A stretch of DNA of 64,000 nt, from assembly GCF_009914755.1 (NCBI RefSeq), contig NC_060932.1. The stretch is one strand, 5' to 3'. How positions within the stretch are numbered: the stretch's first letter is position 1; every line of letters begins with the position of its first letter. The position numbers and the translations under genes are program-made. This document shows, piece after piece, positions 44,497-63,559 of the stretch. The notes beneath the pieces were generated by a model. The model was not told the DNA's origin and searched no databases. It was given only the letters and a program-made list of their open reading frames with translations. This DNA comes from the human T2T-CHM13v2.0 reference genome, Homo sapiens.

Positions 44497-45835
44497 AAAA
44501 CCTATGTTACTCTAGATCACACCACTTCTTCCTCTTCTGCATTACGGCAGCACTTAAATGTCTACGTCATATGCTTAGCACAAAATATACCCTGACCTTT
44601 GTGTGAGTTTTATCTCCTTTACCGATTACAAGCTCTTAAAAAGGCAAAAAAGGTCACTTTTTTCCTTCCCTTAAATCCTCCAGTATCCAGTAAAGTGTTG
44701 AGCAGAGAGATAGTATGTGGCAGCTTTTGGTTTATAGACATTACCTGCCTAACATGAACAAATACCTTAAGCTCTCAGAAGTTGAGGGCCAAGGCAATTG
44801 TCTCACCTGTTTTTATAATGCCCACAAAACCTAACATAGTACCTGCTATACAGGATCTTCGGTAAACAGTAGCTGAACAAATAGATTTTTTTTTTTAAGT
44901 GAAGATACAGAGGGGAGGGCTTAGACTGTTTCCTTTGTGCTGTCTTAAAGGAGACAGATGATTTTCAGGGTAATCATGTATCTAGGGATCCGCAGTGCAA
45001 CTTAGAAGTCAAATTGCTAAACACTGGAAACTGTTCAAAACGAAGTGGTACAGAATTTAGAATACAGAACACCTGTCTTTGAGTCAGTTTGAGGGAGGCT
45101 CAATCCAAAAGATTGTTTCATAATTTCATGTTTAAGACAGCTTTAGACCTTAAACACAGTGTTTAATGAGTATAAGCAAAATAGCTTCCACATGATTTAA
45201 TTACTTGTTTTATTGGGTACTTAATATATATTAAATACAGACCTCGAAGAAATGAATTTTTAAAAATCTATCCATTCAGGAAAAGTATGGGTAACAATTA
45301 AGGCCACATCAAAGAGTTTGAATGTGAAAAAATGAATCAGTTAAGGGTAAGTGACATAATTAGAATCATATTTTAGTCAGAACTGTAAAGGGTGGATCAG
45401 AAGGACATAAGATTACTGGAAGAGAGATCACAAGTGGTTACAGAAATCATCTGGGTCAGATTATTCCAAAGTGGGGTGTGTGTAGCCCAGGCAAGATGAC
45501 CCACTGGAAAGAGTTTTAAAATCAGTATTGAGATACAATTCACATACCATAAAAACACCCCTGCATGTCTAACAGTGCTGAACTCGTTTATGAGTTTTCA
45601 AAAATTTTAATAGCTCCTTAGGCACTGGGAAAAAATTTAAAGCTTTCTTCTTCTTCTTTTTTTTAATCTAAGCACTACAAAATGTTAAGGTTTACTAATA
45701 TTTATTACTGGGATTGACAGTGGAAAATGTAGTTTATTTTCTTTAAAAAAGCATCATATATTAAAAGATATCTGCTGAAATATTTAGTATTGGGATAAGG
45801 TGAATAGTCAAAAAAGTGAGTAGACCAGTGATCTA

Positions 45836-46192
<357 letters not shown>

Positions 46193-47326
46193 TTAGAGGG
46201 TAGAAGTGACAGGACTTTATGACAGAAACTGTGGAAATGGGTGAGTGGGGGCGCAGTGAAGGAAGCATCTACAAGAATGACCTCCTCCCCTGAAATCCCA
46301 CTGCCCGTAAGGTCAGCTCCACTCACCTGGCTCTGAGCACCACTGCCTTGCGGTCATACCACAGGACAAAAGGAGGGGTGGGGGTTACTTCAGCGTGAGA
46401 ATCAAGCATAGGACTGCTTTGCTTCTGATCAGTATCCATCTTAAGTCTGACCAAAAAAGTATTTAGTACCCATGGATTCAAACTTTTATAAGAGAATGGT
46501 TGGAATTCTAAGAAAAAAGACCTAGATATCAGGAAATGAAGATGTCCTGGGGCACCATTCTCTAAAGAAGCAAGGAAAGACCTAGGGTAGGCACAGGTTC
46601 CTACAGTGTAGGGTTTAAGTGGGATCTGGAGCCACCTGCCGGCCTGGAGTGGAAAAGAAACACACATGTGTCCCTGAGCCCAGCCTGGACCTGAACGACC
46701 TGGTGGGGCTGGGAAATGTGCATTTTCTGCAAGTCCCCACATAGCTGTTGTGCACACTGAAGTTTGAAAAGACTTCTCTGGTGGGCAGAAAGGGAGGTTG
46801 TGAGCAGACTGTGAACAGGGCCGGCCATGCATTTCTGTGTTTGGAGAGCTACACCAGAAGGAGAAGCAAAACTTGTATTTTCAAACAAGTCTTTCCACCC
46901 CCAATAGAAGAAAAATGTGCTCTGGCAGCACTGTCATGAAAAACAAAGAAGGCGACTCCTCCTACACAGCAGAGTTGTTCAGAAAGTACCACGCTGCACT
47001 GGCAATAATCAATTTTAATGATTAAGGCTAATGTGTTTTGCATAAAAGACAAGAATAAATTAAAGCAAAGCCCACAAATGACAGGGTGACAAACACTGTG
47101 TCTTGAAAAAGCACCAAACAATCTATTATTGAACGTCTAATTTTTCCCCACACTGTTTATCTTTCTTTATCAATGTTTCCAGCAAGGCACTCACATTTTT
47201 ATACCTGTATTTTGTAAAGTAAAATTATCCAAAAAATTGTGGCATTTAGGGGAGTCAGAGCCAGGTTGTGGGAGTATGGGGAAAAAAAGATAGCTGGTCT
47301 CACGGCTTCACATCCACTGGCTAAAG

Positions 47327-47541
47327 CAGTGGTTCTCAATAGGAGTGGGTTGGATTTTGACCCCAGAAGATATTTGGCAATGTCTGGAGACATTTTTGGT
47401 TGTTAGAACTGGGGGGTCCCTATTGGCATCTAGTGGGTAGAAGCTGGGGATATCGCTAAACATCCTACAATTCACAGAGGCCCTCACGACAAAGAATTAT
47501 TCACACCAAAATGTTAATGCTGCTGCGCTCGAATATGCCTG
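47327..47541 (+). mobile_element. MER20 hAT-Charlie element
   Basis: cagtggttctcaa...tttggcaatgtctggagacatttttggttg...ggcatctagtgggtaga; 8-bp TSD gg(c/t)taaag. Confidence 0.9.
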
Positions 47542-47784
47542 GGTTAAAGGATGAGAGCTAGTCTTTGAGGTACTGGAGGAATCCTAGGGGCAGCCAGACA
47601 TCTTCCAGGATTTGCTGGAGGTACACTATGACCCCAGTATAGATATCCCCAAGAGCCTCAGGTGCTACTCCAAATACATGCTTAATTTTACATATGTGTT
47701 TCTCAAAGCTAAAAATCTTATCTTTAGAAACAAACCTTATGACTCGGCAAAGAAATAATACAGAGCTTTGGATAGAAAAATCCT

Positions 47785-48112
<328 letters not shown>

Positions 48113-49352
48113 TCATTTTTCTAGATGGAAAGCTGAGGCCCACAAAGCAAATGCTGGGTGATGCAATTCAGTGGGGTGGCGGAGATCATCTCATTTCTTT
48201 CCAAATAAATTAAATTCCTGAAATGATACGGTTACCTTGTCTTACATGATACTGCAGGATATTTCTTTTTGGTTATTACCTTCTTATTTAAAATCTTCAA
48301 TCCCTAATTGTGATTATACTACATATGCATGTTTTTGCATCTCTGTGGATTTATGTCCAAAATGAAGGAAAACATTTTTAAAAATTATGCATTCTATTTT
48401 TGGTTCCAGTGTAAGTCATCTGTTAGAAATAAGAGTGCCTACCATGATAAATGTGTGTGCTTGCCTGTTCTGGGGAAAACACGCAAACAGATGAACACAT
48501 TCATTTTCACGTACATATCACTTACTAGTATACAGTCCCTAAATAGGAAAGCAGTACATTTTTTAAAGTATAAAGTAAACAGAACTGTAGATTTTAGTGA
48601 GGGAAAATCAAGGAAACACTCATATGTTGCTCTAAGTTACATTCACCTTCCATGAATGACATGCTTATTATCAGCCCTCTTTAGTTCAACTCACCTTCTC
48701 CCCTGGATCTTTTATAGAACTGAATGTGAGAAAGACCCAAACTACTGAAAAAGAACAATAGGAAAGTCCACCGTAAAATTAATAGAGCAAAACTCAATTT
48801 TGGAAGGTTTTTTTTTTGCTTCCAGTTACTTGATTTTTTCCCTCCCCTTATATCGTGTAATGTGATTTACCTTTTACGCGACATGCTCTTTATGTGGTAT
48901 GCTGCTTATGTTAAGTATGCATATTTAAAGCAGAGAAATGCATTTGCTTTAAGAGTTCATATTTTAGTTGGATAGATGGAGATGTCTGCCAACATATCTT
49001 CTGGTCATCAGTAAGAGCATTCCTTTTCTTTTAAAGTTGTAGTGTACTTATTACCCTTAAAAATTCAATGCCATTGTGTCCTGCAAGAACTGTACAGTAA
49101 TAGTAATGCTTACAAGTAAGCATTCAATATATGTTAATGATAATTATGAATTAAAAACAGAAGAATCTTTCCTGAAACCACAGATTCTTCCTTCTTACTA
49201 CTAGTCTTTCTGTTTTTATAACTATGGCAAGACTTGAGCACATTTTCCTCCTCCACTTCCTTATTACCTTCCATTCATTCCCCCATCAAAGAAGGCCAAT
49301 GTGGTTTGTCTTCCCATGACTCCACCAAAATGTTCTTGCTAAGGTTATCCAA

Positions 49353-49762
49353 TGATATAGTTTGGATGCTTGTCCCCTCCGAATCTCATGTTGTAATGTG
49401 ATCCCCAATGTTGGAGGTGGGACCTGGTAAGAGGTGTTTGCGTTATGGGGGTAGATCCCTCATGAATGGCTTGATGCCATGCTTATGATAATGAGGTAGT
49501 TCTTGCTTTATTAGTTCAAGTGAAAGTGGGTTGTTAAAAAGAGCCTGGCACTTTCCCTTCCTCTCTCTCTTGCCATGTGACACATCTGTTTCCCTTTCCC
49601 CTTCTATCATCATTTGATGCTTCCTGAGATTCTTACCAGAAGCAGATGCTCATGCCATGCTTCGTGTATAGCCTGCAGAACCGTGAGCCAAATAAACCTC
49701 TCTTCTTTCTAAATGACCCAGGCTCTAGTATTCTTTATAGAAACACAAAATGGGCTAAGATA
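49353..49762 (+). mobile_element. MSTB MaLR solo LTR
   Basis: tgatatagtttggatg...cagaagcagatgct..gcctgcagaaccgtgagccaaataaacctc...ctaagata. Confidence 0.9.
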
Positions 49763-50240
49763 CCCAGTGACCTCCCAGCCACTAAATATCACATTTTTTA
49801 ATCTAAATCTTCATGGAACCTTTTCCCCCCTTTCTTGGCACAACATTCTCCGTTTGTATTAAATCTAAGTAACTTTTTGGAAAATTGCTTATCAAGTGCC
49901 TTAGTCTGCTTCTGAGCTCTGGCCACTGCAGGAATTGGAGACAGAAAGAAGAAAATGATCCAAGAAAGGAGTCTAAGAAGCAAGGGGGGAAATCAAGAGA
50001 CAGTGAGGTGAGACTCCAGAAGCAGGTCAGACACCACAGTCCCCAGCTGTCCAAGCCACAATGACAGCCTGTTTCCTCTACTTCCATGAGCCATCAGAAG
50101 TGTCCATTCTACACTTTCAAGGTCTCTCAAGCACTTTCACTACGATCCATTTCTTCTGCAGCTACCTTGGTTATCTCTCCTCTGGATTACTGAAAATTCC
50201 TTTAAAATGGGCCTTTCTGCTTCTAGTAGTACCTTCTTCT

Positions 50241-52074
<1,834 letters not shown>

Positions 52075-52126
52075 AGTAGTATCTTCTTCTAACAATTTCT
52101 CATATTGTAATGAGAATAATTTTTAA

Positions 52127-52490
<364 letters not shown>

Positions 52491-53833
52491 TCTTAAAGCT
52501 ATTATTTTAAGGATGCTGGGAACCACAGAAGCATCCAAAATCCTACACACGACAAACAAGGCCTTTCATGATTTGGCCTTTGCTGACCTCTGCAGAGGTA
52601 CATTTCTTGCTTTTTCTCAACACTGTGCTCATGTCACAGTTAATAACTTGTGTGTGGTTCCTGCATCCAGCGCTCTCTTCTCTAGGCCTTCGTTCCTCTT
52701 TTTCCTATCTCGTCCCACGCCTCACCTAACTGCCTCTCATCCTTTAAGCTGCACATTAGGTACCACATTTCCTCCTTCACCTCCAAGGCCAGGCTAGATA
52801 ATGTCCCTTCCTTGAGCCTCCACAGCTCTCTGGACTTATCCTTCCTGTACTTCTATCAAATCATTTTACAATGACTTCCTTATTTATATTTGCCACACCT
52901 TCAGCAGAGGATCTGGCCTTCATCTGCCTTTCTATCTCCAGGGCCAAAAATAGTCTCTGATGTACAACAGGCACACAATACATATTTATTAAATTAATCT
53001 ATCATTGATAATTGCTCCCTCTCTTGCCATGGGACACATCTTATGATATCAAAGATGTATAGGGAGCTAGTTAATACCAACACTTGGTCGATCATAGTAA
53101 GATAAAACTGTCTCTATGTAATAAGAAATTCACAAAGACATCAAAGTAGCTTCCAAAATCTTTAACTAGTCAATGGCAAGGGGGTACTACAGACAGGTTT
53201 AAAATGAGCAAACCTAGCTGGTAGGTAGGTAGTGTCCTTAGAAGAGTTTTAAGTGAAAAAGGACATGATAAAATATGGCTTTTAGTAAGATTAATCTGAC
53301 CACAGAAGGAGGCTTATGTAAATACACTTGGAGCAGAGTTCTGGTATACTTTATCTTCATTAGCTTGGAAAATCCAAATGTTCCATTCAGCTCTGCTCTG
53401 AGGGGTAGGGCAGGCCATTTCCCATTGTAATATGAACCGTGGATTCCTGAAAATATTTTTGTATTTCTAGCACTAAACATATCCTGGAATATGGTAAATG
53501 CTCAATAAAAATGAGCTAATAAATGAATGCAAGAAAAGCTTGTTACCAAGCCAGATTATGAGCTGGCAGTTAAAACAAACAAAACATCAAGTATTGCTCA
53601 TAATGAACTAATATAAACCTTAGAAACTGAATCAAAGTACGTGTCCTACTAACTGAGACTCAATTATGTCAGCTTCCTACATGAAATGTAAAACCCAGTG
53701 TACTGCATATCTGCCTCATTTATATGATACGCTCTCACAGGGCAAGGTCTCACACCTGCCCCCAAAACATGGACTACTATCCAAAGACAAATATTTATCA
53801 CATTATTTTACAAAGTACTTTTTCCCAAGGTCA

Positions 53834-54040
<207 letters not shown>

Positions 54041-54401
54041 CTAAGTAGCATCACACTTTGCCTATTTCACGTTACTGATTTGCAATGGCATGTGAAAATC
54101 ATTTACTCCTCCTGGTACAACTAATCCCTGACAAAACTTCATTAGAGATGAACATTGTCATTCGACGATCACCAAAGAAGCTATGATCATCACAGTGCCA
54201 GACTGTGATTCTCTCCCTAGGAAACAGAAGGGAAAAAAGAGAAACACTTGACAATAAATATTGATTAAACCCCTACTTTCTGTTTGATATGAGGCTAGGC
54301 CAAAAATAAATTATAAAATTTACTCATCTCTTCTAATTGTACTGTTTAATTTTAAAATCTAACTGAGGAATGTATTGGTAGAGGGAAGGTAAAAGGATTT
54401 A

Positions 54402-55292
<891 letters not shown>

Positions 55293-55949
55293 ATCTAGAA
55301 AACCCACCTGAGAGGAGGTGAAAATCATCTGATGTGATCATATTTTTAATTTATGTGTCATTATATCCAGAAAGCCCAAGATTCACAGCACTTAATAAAT
55401 ATTTGCAAACTCATAAATGAATGGTAGAAATGATCATGAATCAGGACAGATTATCTACCATACACATAATCAATAAACAAAAAGTAAAAAAAAAGTCAGC
55501 CAAAGTCATTTCCTTCATCAATTACTCTGAGAGAAACCACAGAAACAAACCTGAGACCACTCTAAATGTCAGCTCCTCACGGCACCCTCTCTAGGCTGAT
55601 CTCTCTGGCTCCATTATTATTTCAATGGACTGTTTTTTGCATCAATTCTGTCCAAAGTAATTAGATCTCCTTAGTTATTACAGCTGGTATTTTTGTTTGA
55701 AAAAATCAGGGAACAGAATAATTTGAAAGTTTCTTTATGCCCAATAGCTGTAATTATACATCCAGCTATGGGTCCCTGTGTGATGTTAACCATCCCATTC
55801 CTACACTCAAAAACCCCGGGCAACTTGTTTCCTTATAACCTCCCCCTAAAACTGGCAATTCATCCCATTTCCTTGCTCACAGTAGAATGACATCTTTTCC
55901 TTCTAGTATAATCATGGACTACTAGAGCTCAGAAGGGAAACAAAAAAAT

Positions 55950-56290
55950 AAACATTTACATTTATTGAACAGTTCCTATGTGCCAGGCACTGTGTGAGGT
56001 ATTATACACACTTATCTCACTGACTTCTCACTAGAACTCTGTAAGATAAACGTTATCCCCTACACTAGTGACGAGCTGAGGTTCAGAGGTTAAACTATGT
56101 GCTAGGAGAAAGAGCTAGAGAAACGGTGTTATCTAGGTCTGTTTTACTCATTTTGCGATAAAACTTGTCTACTAAAACCCTCATATTTTATTGATGAGGA
56201 TACTGAATTCTAGAGATGGTAAGTGGCTGACTAAAAGTGAAAGGGCTACTTTGTAACAGGCAAAAATGTAAATCCTGGGTTTCTATTTTT
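55950..56290 (-). mobile_element. Two MIR fragments
   Basis: tttattgaacagttcctatgtgccaggcactgtg...ctgaggttcagaggttaa; tattgatgaggatactgaattctagagatggtaagtggct. Confidence 0.6.
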
Positions 56291-56432
56291 TTTTACTCTA
56301 ATCTTCTTAGGCAGTTCTTTCTCTAATGTAAGCAGTTGATGACTTTGATTCCAACTCAAAAAATTTCCCCTGCAGAGCTTGATTTTGTTCCTTGGAATAA
56401 AGTAGTGCTAAGTGAACTAAAACACAAAATCA

Positions 56433-56612
<180 letters not shown>

Positions 56613-58214
56613 CTATAGATGGACACAAAGAAAATAAAGGCAAAAATCACGATCAGATTTCAACTTAATTTTTTAAAAGCAAAAACTAAAAAAATAGTTT
56701 TTAGGAAATCCAAGTAAGTGAATGAAAAAAATGAAACAAATGGTGAGTAAAAACAACCTTATAAATGTTACAGAACATTATGTTGTTTGAAAAATTTGCT
56801 GAGAATGAGAAAATACATCTACCCAAGGCATTTTTTTAAAAATCAGTTTTTTTAAAAAACTGATATACAATAATTGAGGTAAATAGCTAAGTAAGGCCAA
56901 AGGCAGAAATAAATATCTATCGTACACATTTTATAATGAACAGAAATGAGACTTGGACCAATAGTGTGATTTGGTTTCAGGATTAAATGGTTAAAAGCAC
57001 AACCTTACAGGTAACTGTCAACAGAATTATACCGAGGATAAAAACAATGCCATTGTGTTCTTTGCTCTGAAGATATTACATGTTCCTGTTACTTTCTGTT
57101 TAGACTAATATTATCAAAAGAAAAATGAATAGTAAAATAAAATAATTACTCCAGCTCTTCTGCTGAAAGAAAAGAGGAAAATCAATAATCAGGTGAAAGC
57201 TTAGCTTGTTATCAAAAACTGAAAAATAGGTAAATGCATATGCTACCAACTGTTAGATATTTTCTAGAGTTTAAGGCCTCCCTTCCTCCTTCCCATATTT
57301 TATCAAAAACAAGATAAACATGCATTCTGTAAAACACACACGTGTACCCCCGAACACACACACCACATCACCTTCTAATTAGTAGTAAAAGCCTAAAGAA
57401 AGATATTGTCTGTTTTCTTATCAGTCTGCTTTTACAAATTTTCACAAAAACAATACCAGTCCTCCATACTTCCCCTCCCTTTCATTTATCCCCTCCAAAA
57501 ACCAAGCAGTTCAAATGTACTATTGCCATCAATTCAAATTGAGTCAAAAATAATCCTTCATGTGACAATGCTGTGAGGCAAAGGTTTTCCCTCTACAATA
57601 TGATGTAAATACCAGTGGTAATATAAAGATTATCCACATTTATAATATTAAACGACAAAATTGTTACTTTGGGATTGCAACAAGTCTTACTTTATTAAGC
57701 CTCCGAGGATAAGAAGTGCTATTGACAATGACAGTCTTCTCGAGTGGTATGATGAATAAAGGAGAATTTAAAAAACAAATACAAGGTATTTATATGTACC
57801 TGTTACTAATTCCCACTAATTCATAAAACTATAATCTAGTTATGTTTTAAGATCTGCCTTGTCATTTTTTAAATGAGATTTTTCTCAGTAATTTAGCATT
57901 CCAAATATTCACAAATCTCCTTCCAGGGAAATTTTCATCAGAGTAGGAATTTCAACTAGAGGTAGCATGACTACAAAACCCCTCTGGCCTTATAATTACG
58001 CTATAACAGAACCCTGCACATGTGGCTCTCCACGCAGTGTAACTTAGATTCCAGACAAAAACATGAGGTAGGTAAATAACTGGAATGAGGAGAAATGATG
58101 AGGGCCAAAATCACTTGAGGGAATTTATATGCCACCTCCATTTCCATACATACTGATCCCCTAACACACCTAATGATTGAGTTTGCACAAAGGTTAGCCT
58201 AGAAATTTGTGTGT

Positions 58215-59560
58215 ACTTTTTTTTTTTTTATATTCTAGGTCCATGATTTAAGCTTTTATCTTAATTCCTGTTCCCTATTTTATTTGAATTAATATTTTGT
58301 TGTTGTTTGAATTTCTTAAGATGATTACCTAGTTCTTTTGTTTTCCATATTTCTTCTTTGGTTAAGAAAGAATTTAAGGTTACAATTTTTCCTCTGAGTA
58401 TGGGTTACACTGTGTAGCAGAGTTTGGGAAAGAAGAGTATTTTTTCATTGCTTTCTAGATAGTTTGTAGTTTTAATTTTTTATCTCTTCTTTAATCTTAG
58501 TAATATCAAATAATGTGCTTCTCAAATTTAAGGTAAAGTTTTAGTTATATATTATTAGATATTCATAATTTTATTGGCTTATGACCAGAGAATATGGTCT
58601 AGAAAATCTATTTTCCCCAAATTTGGTAAGGTTTTTCTTGTGGCCAATCACATGTTTGATTTTCGTTAATGTTCCATAAACATACAAAAAATTTATTCTT
58701 TGAGGAATGAATGTGTCTTTATATTCAAGTTTATTGACTCGGTTCCTCTGCCCTTACATCATTTTTTCTACTAGTTTATCCCCTTCAGACACGTATATTA
58801 ACCTTTTCCACTTCAAGTTCTTGTTGCATTTCTGATAAGTTTTATACATATTTTAGTTGCTATGTTGTCTGGTGCATTTAGGTTTATAACTATCATCTTC
58901 CTTATAACTATGTGCCACTTATTACTTAAAATGTTCTTCTTTATCCTGTTTAATGCTTAGTCATATAAGATGGAAATTTAAAAGAGTCTTTCTTTTACGA
59001 AAATGCTCTGTTTATCTATTCCTCACCCACATCAACAAGATAAGACTTTGAAAAATGTTTTGTTCTGCAATCTTACTAAAATTATCTTGTGTTATGCATT
59101 TTCTGTTTCAAGAAGCCTTATTTTGAATTTAGATTATACATTCTGAGTCTCCCCTCATAGATTTAACTGCATCTATGTTTCCTCGCTCACCTGCTTCTTT
59201 CTTTTTTCCATCTTGACCTCTCTCCTCTCATACCTTTGCTATTTTCTCTTCTCTCAAGTATTTTCTTTAGGTAGGTGGTATACTGTTTTATTCTTATCCT
59301 CAAGTATCTTTCATTTCTTTGATAGGTATAGAACTGGATATAGAACATATGGCTGCAGTCTTCTTCATTGGTTTTACTTATTGTCTGGAGATGCTATTCT
59401 ACCATCTTCTAGCTTCCAGTTTAATACAAGTCCAATGCCAATCTAATTATTTTCTCTTTTTCTTGTTTTTTTTCTCTTAGGAATCACATATGGGTTTTCC
59501 TTTAATCTTAGGATTCAGGATTTTTTGCTAGGCTATGCCTTACTTTTCTTAGCCATCCAT
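58215..59560 (-). mobile_element. Ancient L1M relic
   Basis: T-rich antisense L1 motifs (aattttcctctgagta, gtggccaatcacatgtttgattttcgttaatgttcca, ttgataggtatagaa). Confidence 0.55.
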
Positions 59561-60425
59561 TTAGTCTGAAACTAAAAAGTCCCACCCTTATTCTCCCTTA
59601 TGTAACCATTCACTTGGGTTGATAATTGCTGACAAAACTAATAAACATAGTTGTGCAGACTGTAGCTAAGACAGATTTAAGGTCTCCAGCTACGGCTGCA
59701 TCCAGTGCCAACCTACAATTCTTTTACATCTCCATGATTTGTGAAATTCTTCCTCAGCTTTTTGTTACAATACTCTCCTTGTTTCTCTCCTACCTCTCTG
59801 ATCATTATTTTGCTATCTCTTCTTCTTCATGCCCTTCTATGTAACAGTTGGGATGGTTTGAACTCCAGATATATATCACAATGTCTAACAAACTGCTACA
59901 GGTGAATAGGAAACACAAAACCAATTGGTAGCTATTACTATTGAATGACTTAGACTGTCTCATTTGGAGCCACTATAAATATTCTTCGAGTATATTATCT
60001 GCTGATATCTTCATTTAAAATCAAGCTCAAAGGATGACATTCTTATGCTGCTCTTAAAAATGCAAAAAAAAAAAAAATTTAATGCTACATTTATTACAGA
60101 CCCAGGAAAAAGCTAACAGTAATTGTCACCTTGGAAGAACTGCACCATTATTTTAAAAGAGGACTCTATTCCAAGGTAGTTTCCTAAACTCTAAGGTAAA
60201 CTGCCAGATTACCTTATACTGGAAGGAGAACACTATATACGGCATCAGTGGAAGACAGGATCTATTTAATTAGGGCTAAACTGAAGTTGAAAAATTTTAA
60301 GTCTAGGAAGCTTCCGCTTTTCTAGTTGATAATACAATTTTACCATTTTTTCTTAAAAAGGCAAAATGCAAACCTTAAAATATTTTCAGCATTCTGAATT
60401 CCTACTAGAAAATAAAGCTCCAAGT

Positions 60426-60426
<1 letters not shown>

Positions 60427-60460
<34 letters not shown>
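60427..60460. repeat. (CA)17 microsatellite
   Basis: Read directly. Confidence 0.97.
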
Positions 60461-60462
<2 letters not shown>

Positions 60463-61792
60463 GGGCAAAACCAAGAGTAGAGTGGAAACATTAGGGTTGA
60501 CAATTGGATTAAAAAAATGACTTTATCCTACTAAGTTCATTCTGACATCTTTATTTTTCACTAAAGGAGAGGATAGTGTTTAAATGGTAGAATTGGGCAG
60601 GAAGAAATAACGGATAAATTATCGTAATCAAACCATTTCAAACCAAGGACTATTTGCTGTGCAAACTAAATGTGAAACAGTGAGCAAGATAAATCCAATC
60701 AAGAAATTTTCTGTAAGAAAAGAAAATGCTCCACGACATCTAATTACTATCCATTTTCTCAAATAAATGAGGGGTGAAAATGATGACTAAAAACATGTTA
60801 CTCTCTCGTGTTCCCTGCAATCTACATCGTTTTATGTAACAGGATTCATTAGAGCACTCCACCATCCCAATAAACACCAAGAATGTGATTTCACAATGCT
60901 ATTTATTTTAAATCCATTAAAAGCATGAAATAAAAAGCTTTTTTTCCCTGAGAAACTTGTTAATTAAACCTCTTGTGAAGTTGAATCTTAACACACTAAC
61001 ATAAACATCATCTACGTATGTACAAAAAATTGGCATCAAGTCTGAAAAATTGTACTTTCAGGTAATATAAACTACAATTTGGAAAATGACCAAATTGTAA
61101 TTAAAATTCTTATCAATTTAAAAAGCATATTAAAGACTCCAGTTTTCAATGTACTATTTACGTCATGCCTCATTAAATAGGTAAAATAGCTACATGTACT
61201 TAAAACAATTTTAAACACAGTTGAAATGGTCTTGATTTCCACTGAGAGAATATAAAAAGGGAAAGTGAGACCACATTGTTACTTGGAGCTATGTGGAAAT
61301 TAATAAAAATGTTAGTAATTAAAGCAAACTGGGTCCTAAATTGTCTATTAATTCATGGTTTTGAAACTGGCATTAAAAATGTTTTTTATAATTTGATGAA
61401 TATCTTTTTTAAAAAATGCTAAGTATGTCTGATTAGGCGTCTTTCTAAAACTCATTCAGCTTCGTCCTAATAACTATTTCAACATGTAAAAGAGCACAGA
61501 ACCAGCAGTTTCACAAAAGGAAATAAAAACGCCATGAGCTCACAAGAAAGCAGGATGAGTGACAGGAGACCAGGCCAGAGATGGACCTGCTCCGGGTGCC
61601 ACAGTCTTGGGCACATCAGCTCCAGACTGATTGCTGTCATCACAGTCTGGGAGGCCTTGAATCCTCAGTGGCTTCCTTCTGTGCCTGAACCAAGCCCTCC
61701 CCTGATGCGACCCAGTAAACTTTTACAAAACCTACTGGTTTTGTAAAAACCAAAAAGTTTAATTCCAATTAAACTTTTACAAAACCTATTGG

Positions 61793-61928
61793 TTGAGCCT
61801 AGGAGGTCAAAGCTGCAGTGAACTGTGATCGCACCACTGTGTTCCAGCCTGGGTGAAAGAGTGAGAATCTGTGTCAAAAAACAAACAAAAAAACAAGCCC
61901 CCAAAACAAAACACAAACAAACAAAAAC
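61793..61928 (+). mobile_element. 5'-truncated AluJ/FRAM right-arm fragment with (AAAC)-rich tail
   Basis: ttgagcctaggaggtcaaagctgcagtgaactgtgatcgcaccactg... Confidence 0.85.
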
Positions 61929-63559
61929 CCCTTATAGGCAGGTGGAACAAAATCTCTCTTCCGAGTAAGCCAGAGAATAAAGATGATTCTGCACCAAGGA
62001 CACAGTTCCTGATCTGTGATAGCAAATGTACGTTTTAGATAACGAACTGATTTTTCACTTCTAAAGACAGGGTAAAGGTAAATAAATTCAGGTTTGAACA
62101 GCTGCTTTCTAGACCCTAAAGATAAAATCACATAGAGATTCTTGAGAGCCTGATCTGCAGACTACAATAATCAAGAGGTGAACTCTAAGTAATTCACTGC
62201 CATGCACTAACGAGCCACCTACACCCGTCGCTCTTAACCATTCCATCAATCATCTCTAGGGCAGTTCAGTTTTGTAACAACCAGAACTGGAACAAGAATA
62301 ACATCACAAGCCTTACAAAAATACTTTCAAGAGAGAAGCAGAGACTGGCAGGGACAGACACAAAGCCCATGACAGAAACTGAGAGAGAAACTCTGAAGCT
62401 TTGTGATAGCAAAGGCTTGTCAAAGCACTTGGCTAGCGGATGACTCACTCTGTAACGAAGTGGATATGAAGTTACTACCCAAATGTCAACCATGATGGAT
62501 CATCAGAACCAACAGGAATGGAATCATTTTAATGTCAATTAAAATGCACATTCAATTCATAGCACTTTCTAATTTTTAAAGCACATATGAACTATTAGTA
62601 TTATATTAAAATAATATTTGTCTTTTCTTCCATGAACGCTTCACATTCCCATAGTAATAATTAACTACCAATAGGGCACACATTTTTTAGGTACTCTTGG
62701 GCTCAGGGGCACTGCAAGTACTAGAAAAAACACAGATAGGAGTGTGCTCTTACTTAGCTATAAAACAGACAGAAACACTGTACCATAAAAGTCCTATTAT
62801 GCCAGATCATGACTGATACCTGGACTCTGGAACAGATTTGAAATGTGCAAATATTTAAATCAGCCCCTATGCTGGTGTTGTATATCACAAGCTCTATCTC
62901 AGAGAGTTATAGCAAGTAGAAAGAAGTGTTCACCCGAATTTATTCCATTCACCCTGTGTTTTCTCCAACCTTCACCTATACACTTGGTTTACATCATGTT
63001 AACTGGTGCTTTTTCACCAGGTGATTTTAAGAGTCCACTAGCCATTCATTGCATAATACTGGTCTTCTCATCCACACTGTCAGGACAAGTGTTTTCAGGG
63101 ACCAGACGCTATGTTTATTTCTCACATAGCTCCCAACATGACATTTTGTAAAGGGATCTGACATTACTATCGTGATACTCCGTGGATTTACTCTTTGCTT
63201 GAAAGTGAAAGGCATATGTGACTAAGTAACATTAAGGAAGTGGCCAGAAAGGAAAATGAGGCAAATGGTGATGAGGCAGATTGTGTGTAACTCAGAGAAG
63301 CAAAACAAGAGCTCTGGATAATGTAAGAAACTGTCTGGGGGAAAGGAACAAAGATAAGGACTTACTTTACTTTAGAGTTCAATCAACAACAGGAAAGAAA
63401 CAAGATTCAATGGAAATGAGACAGACACCGGGGACTTATTATTTTCAAAAGTCACAGGAAGGGGAATATGAGAAAAAAAGGAGTGGAGTGGATCAAACTG
63501 GAAACTTCTGGGTGAGCTTCTCGAGAGTAGTTGTCTATGTCCTCTCTGCCTCTGCATCC

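Noticed and set aside
61716-61794. Palindromic direct repeats as a CRISPR-like array
   Set aside because: Only two copies, the spacer is itself an inverted copy, the context is eukaryotic and there are no cas genes.
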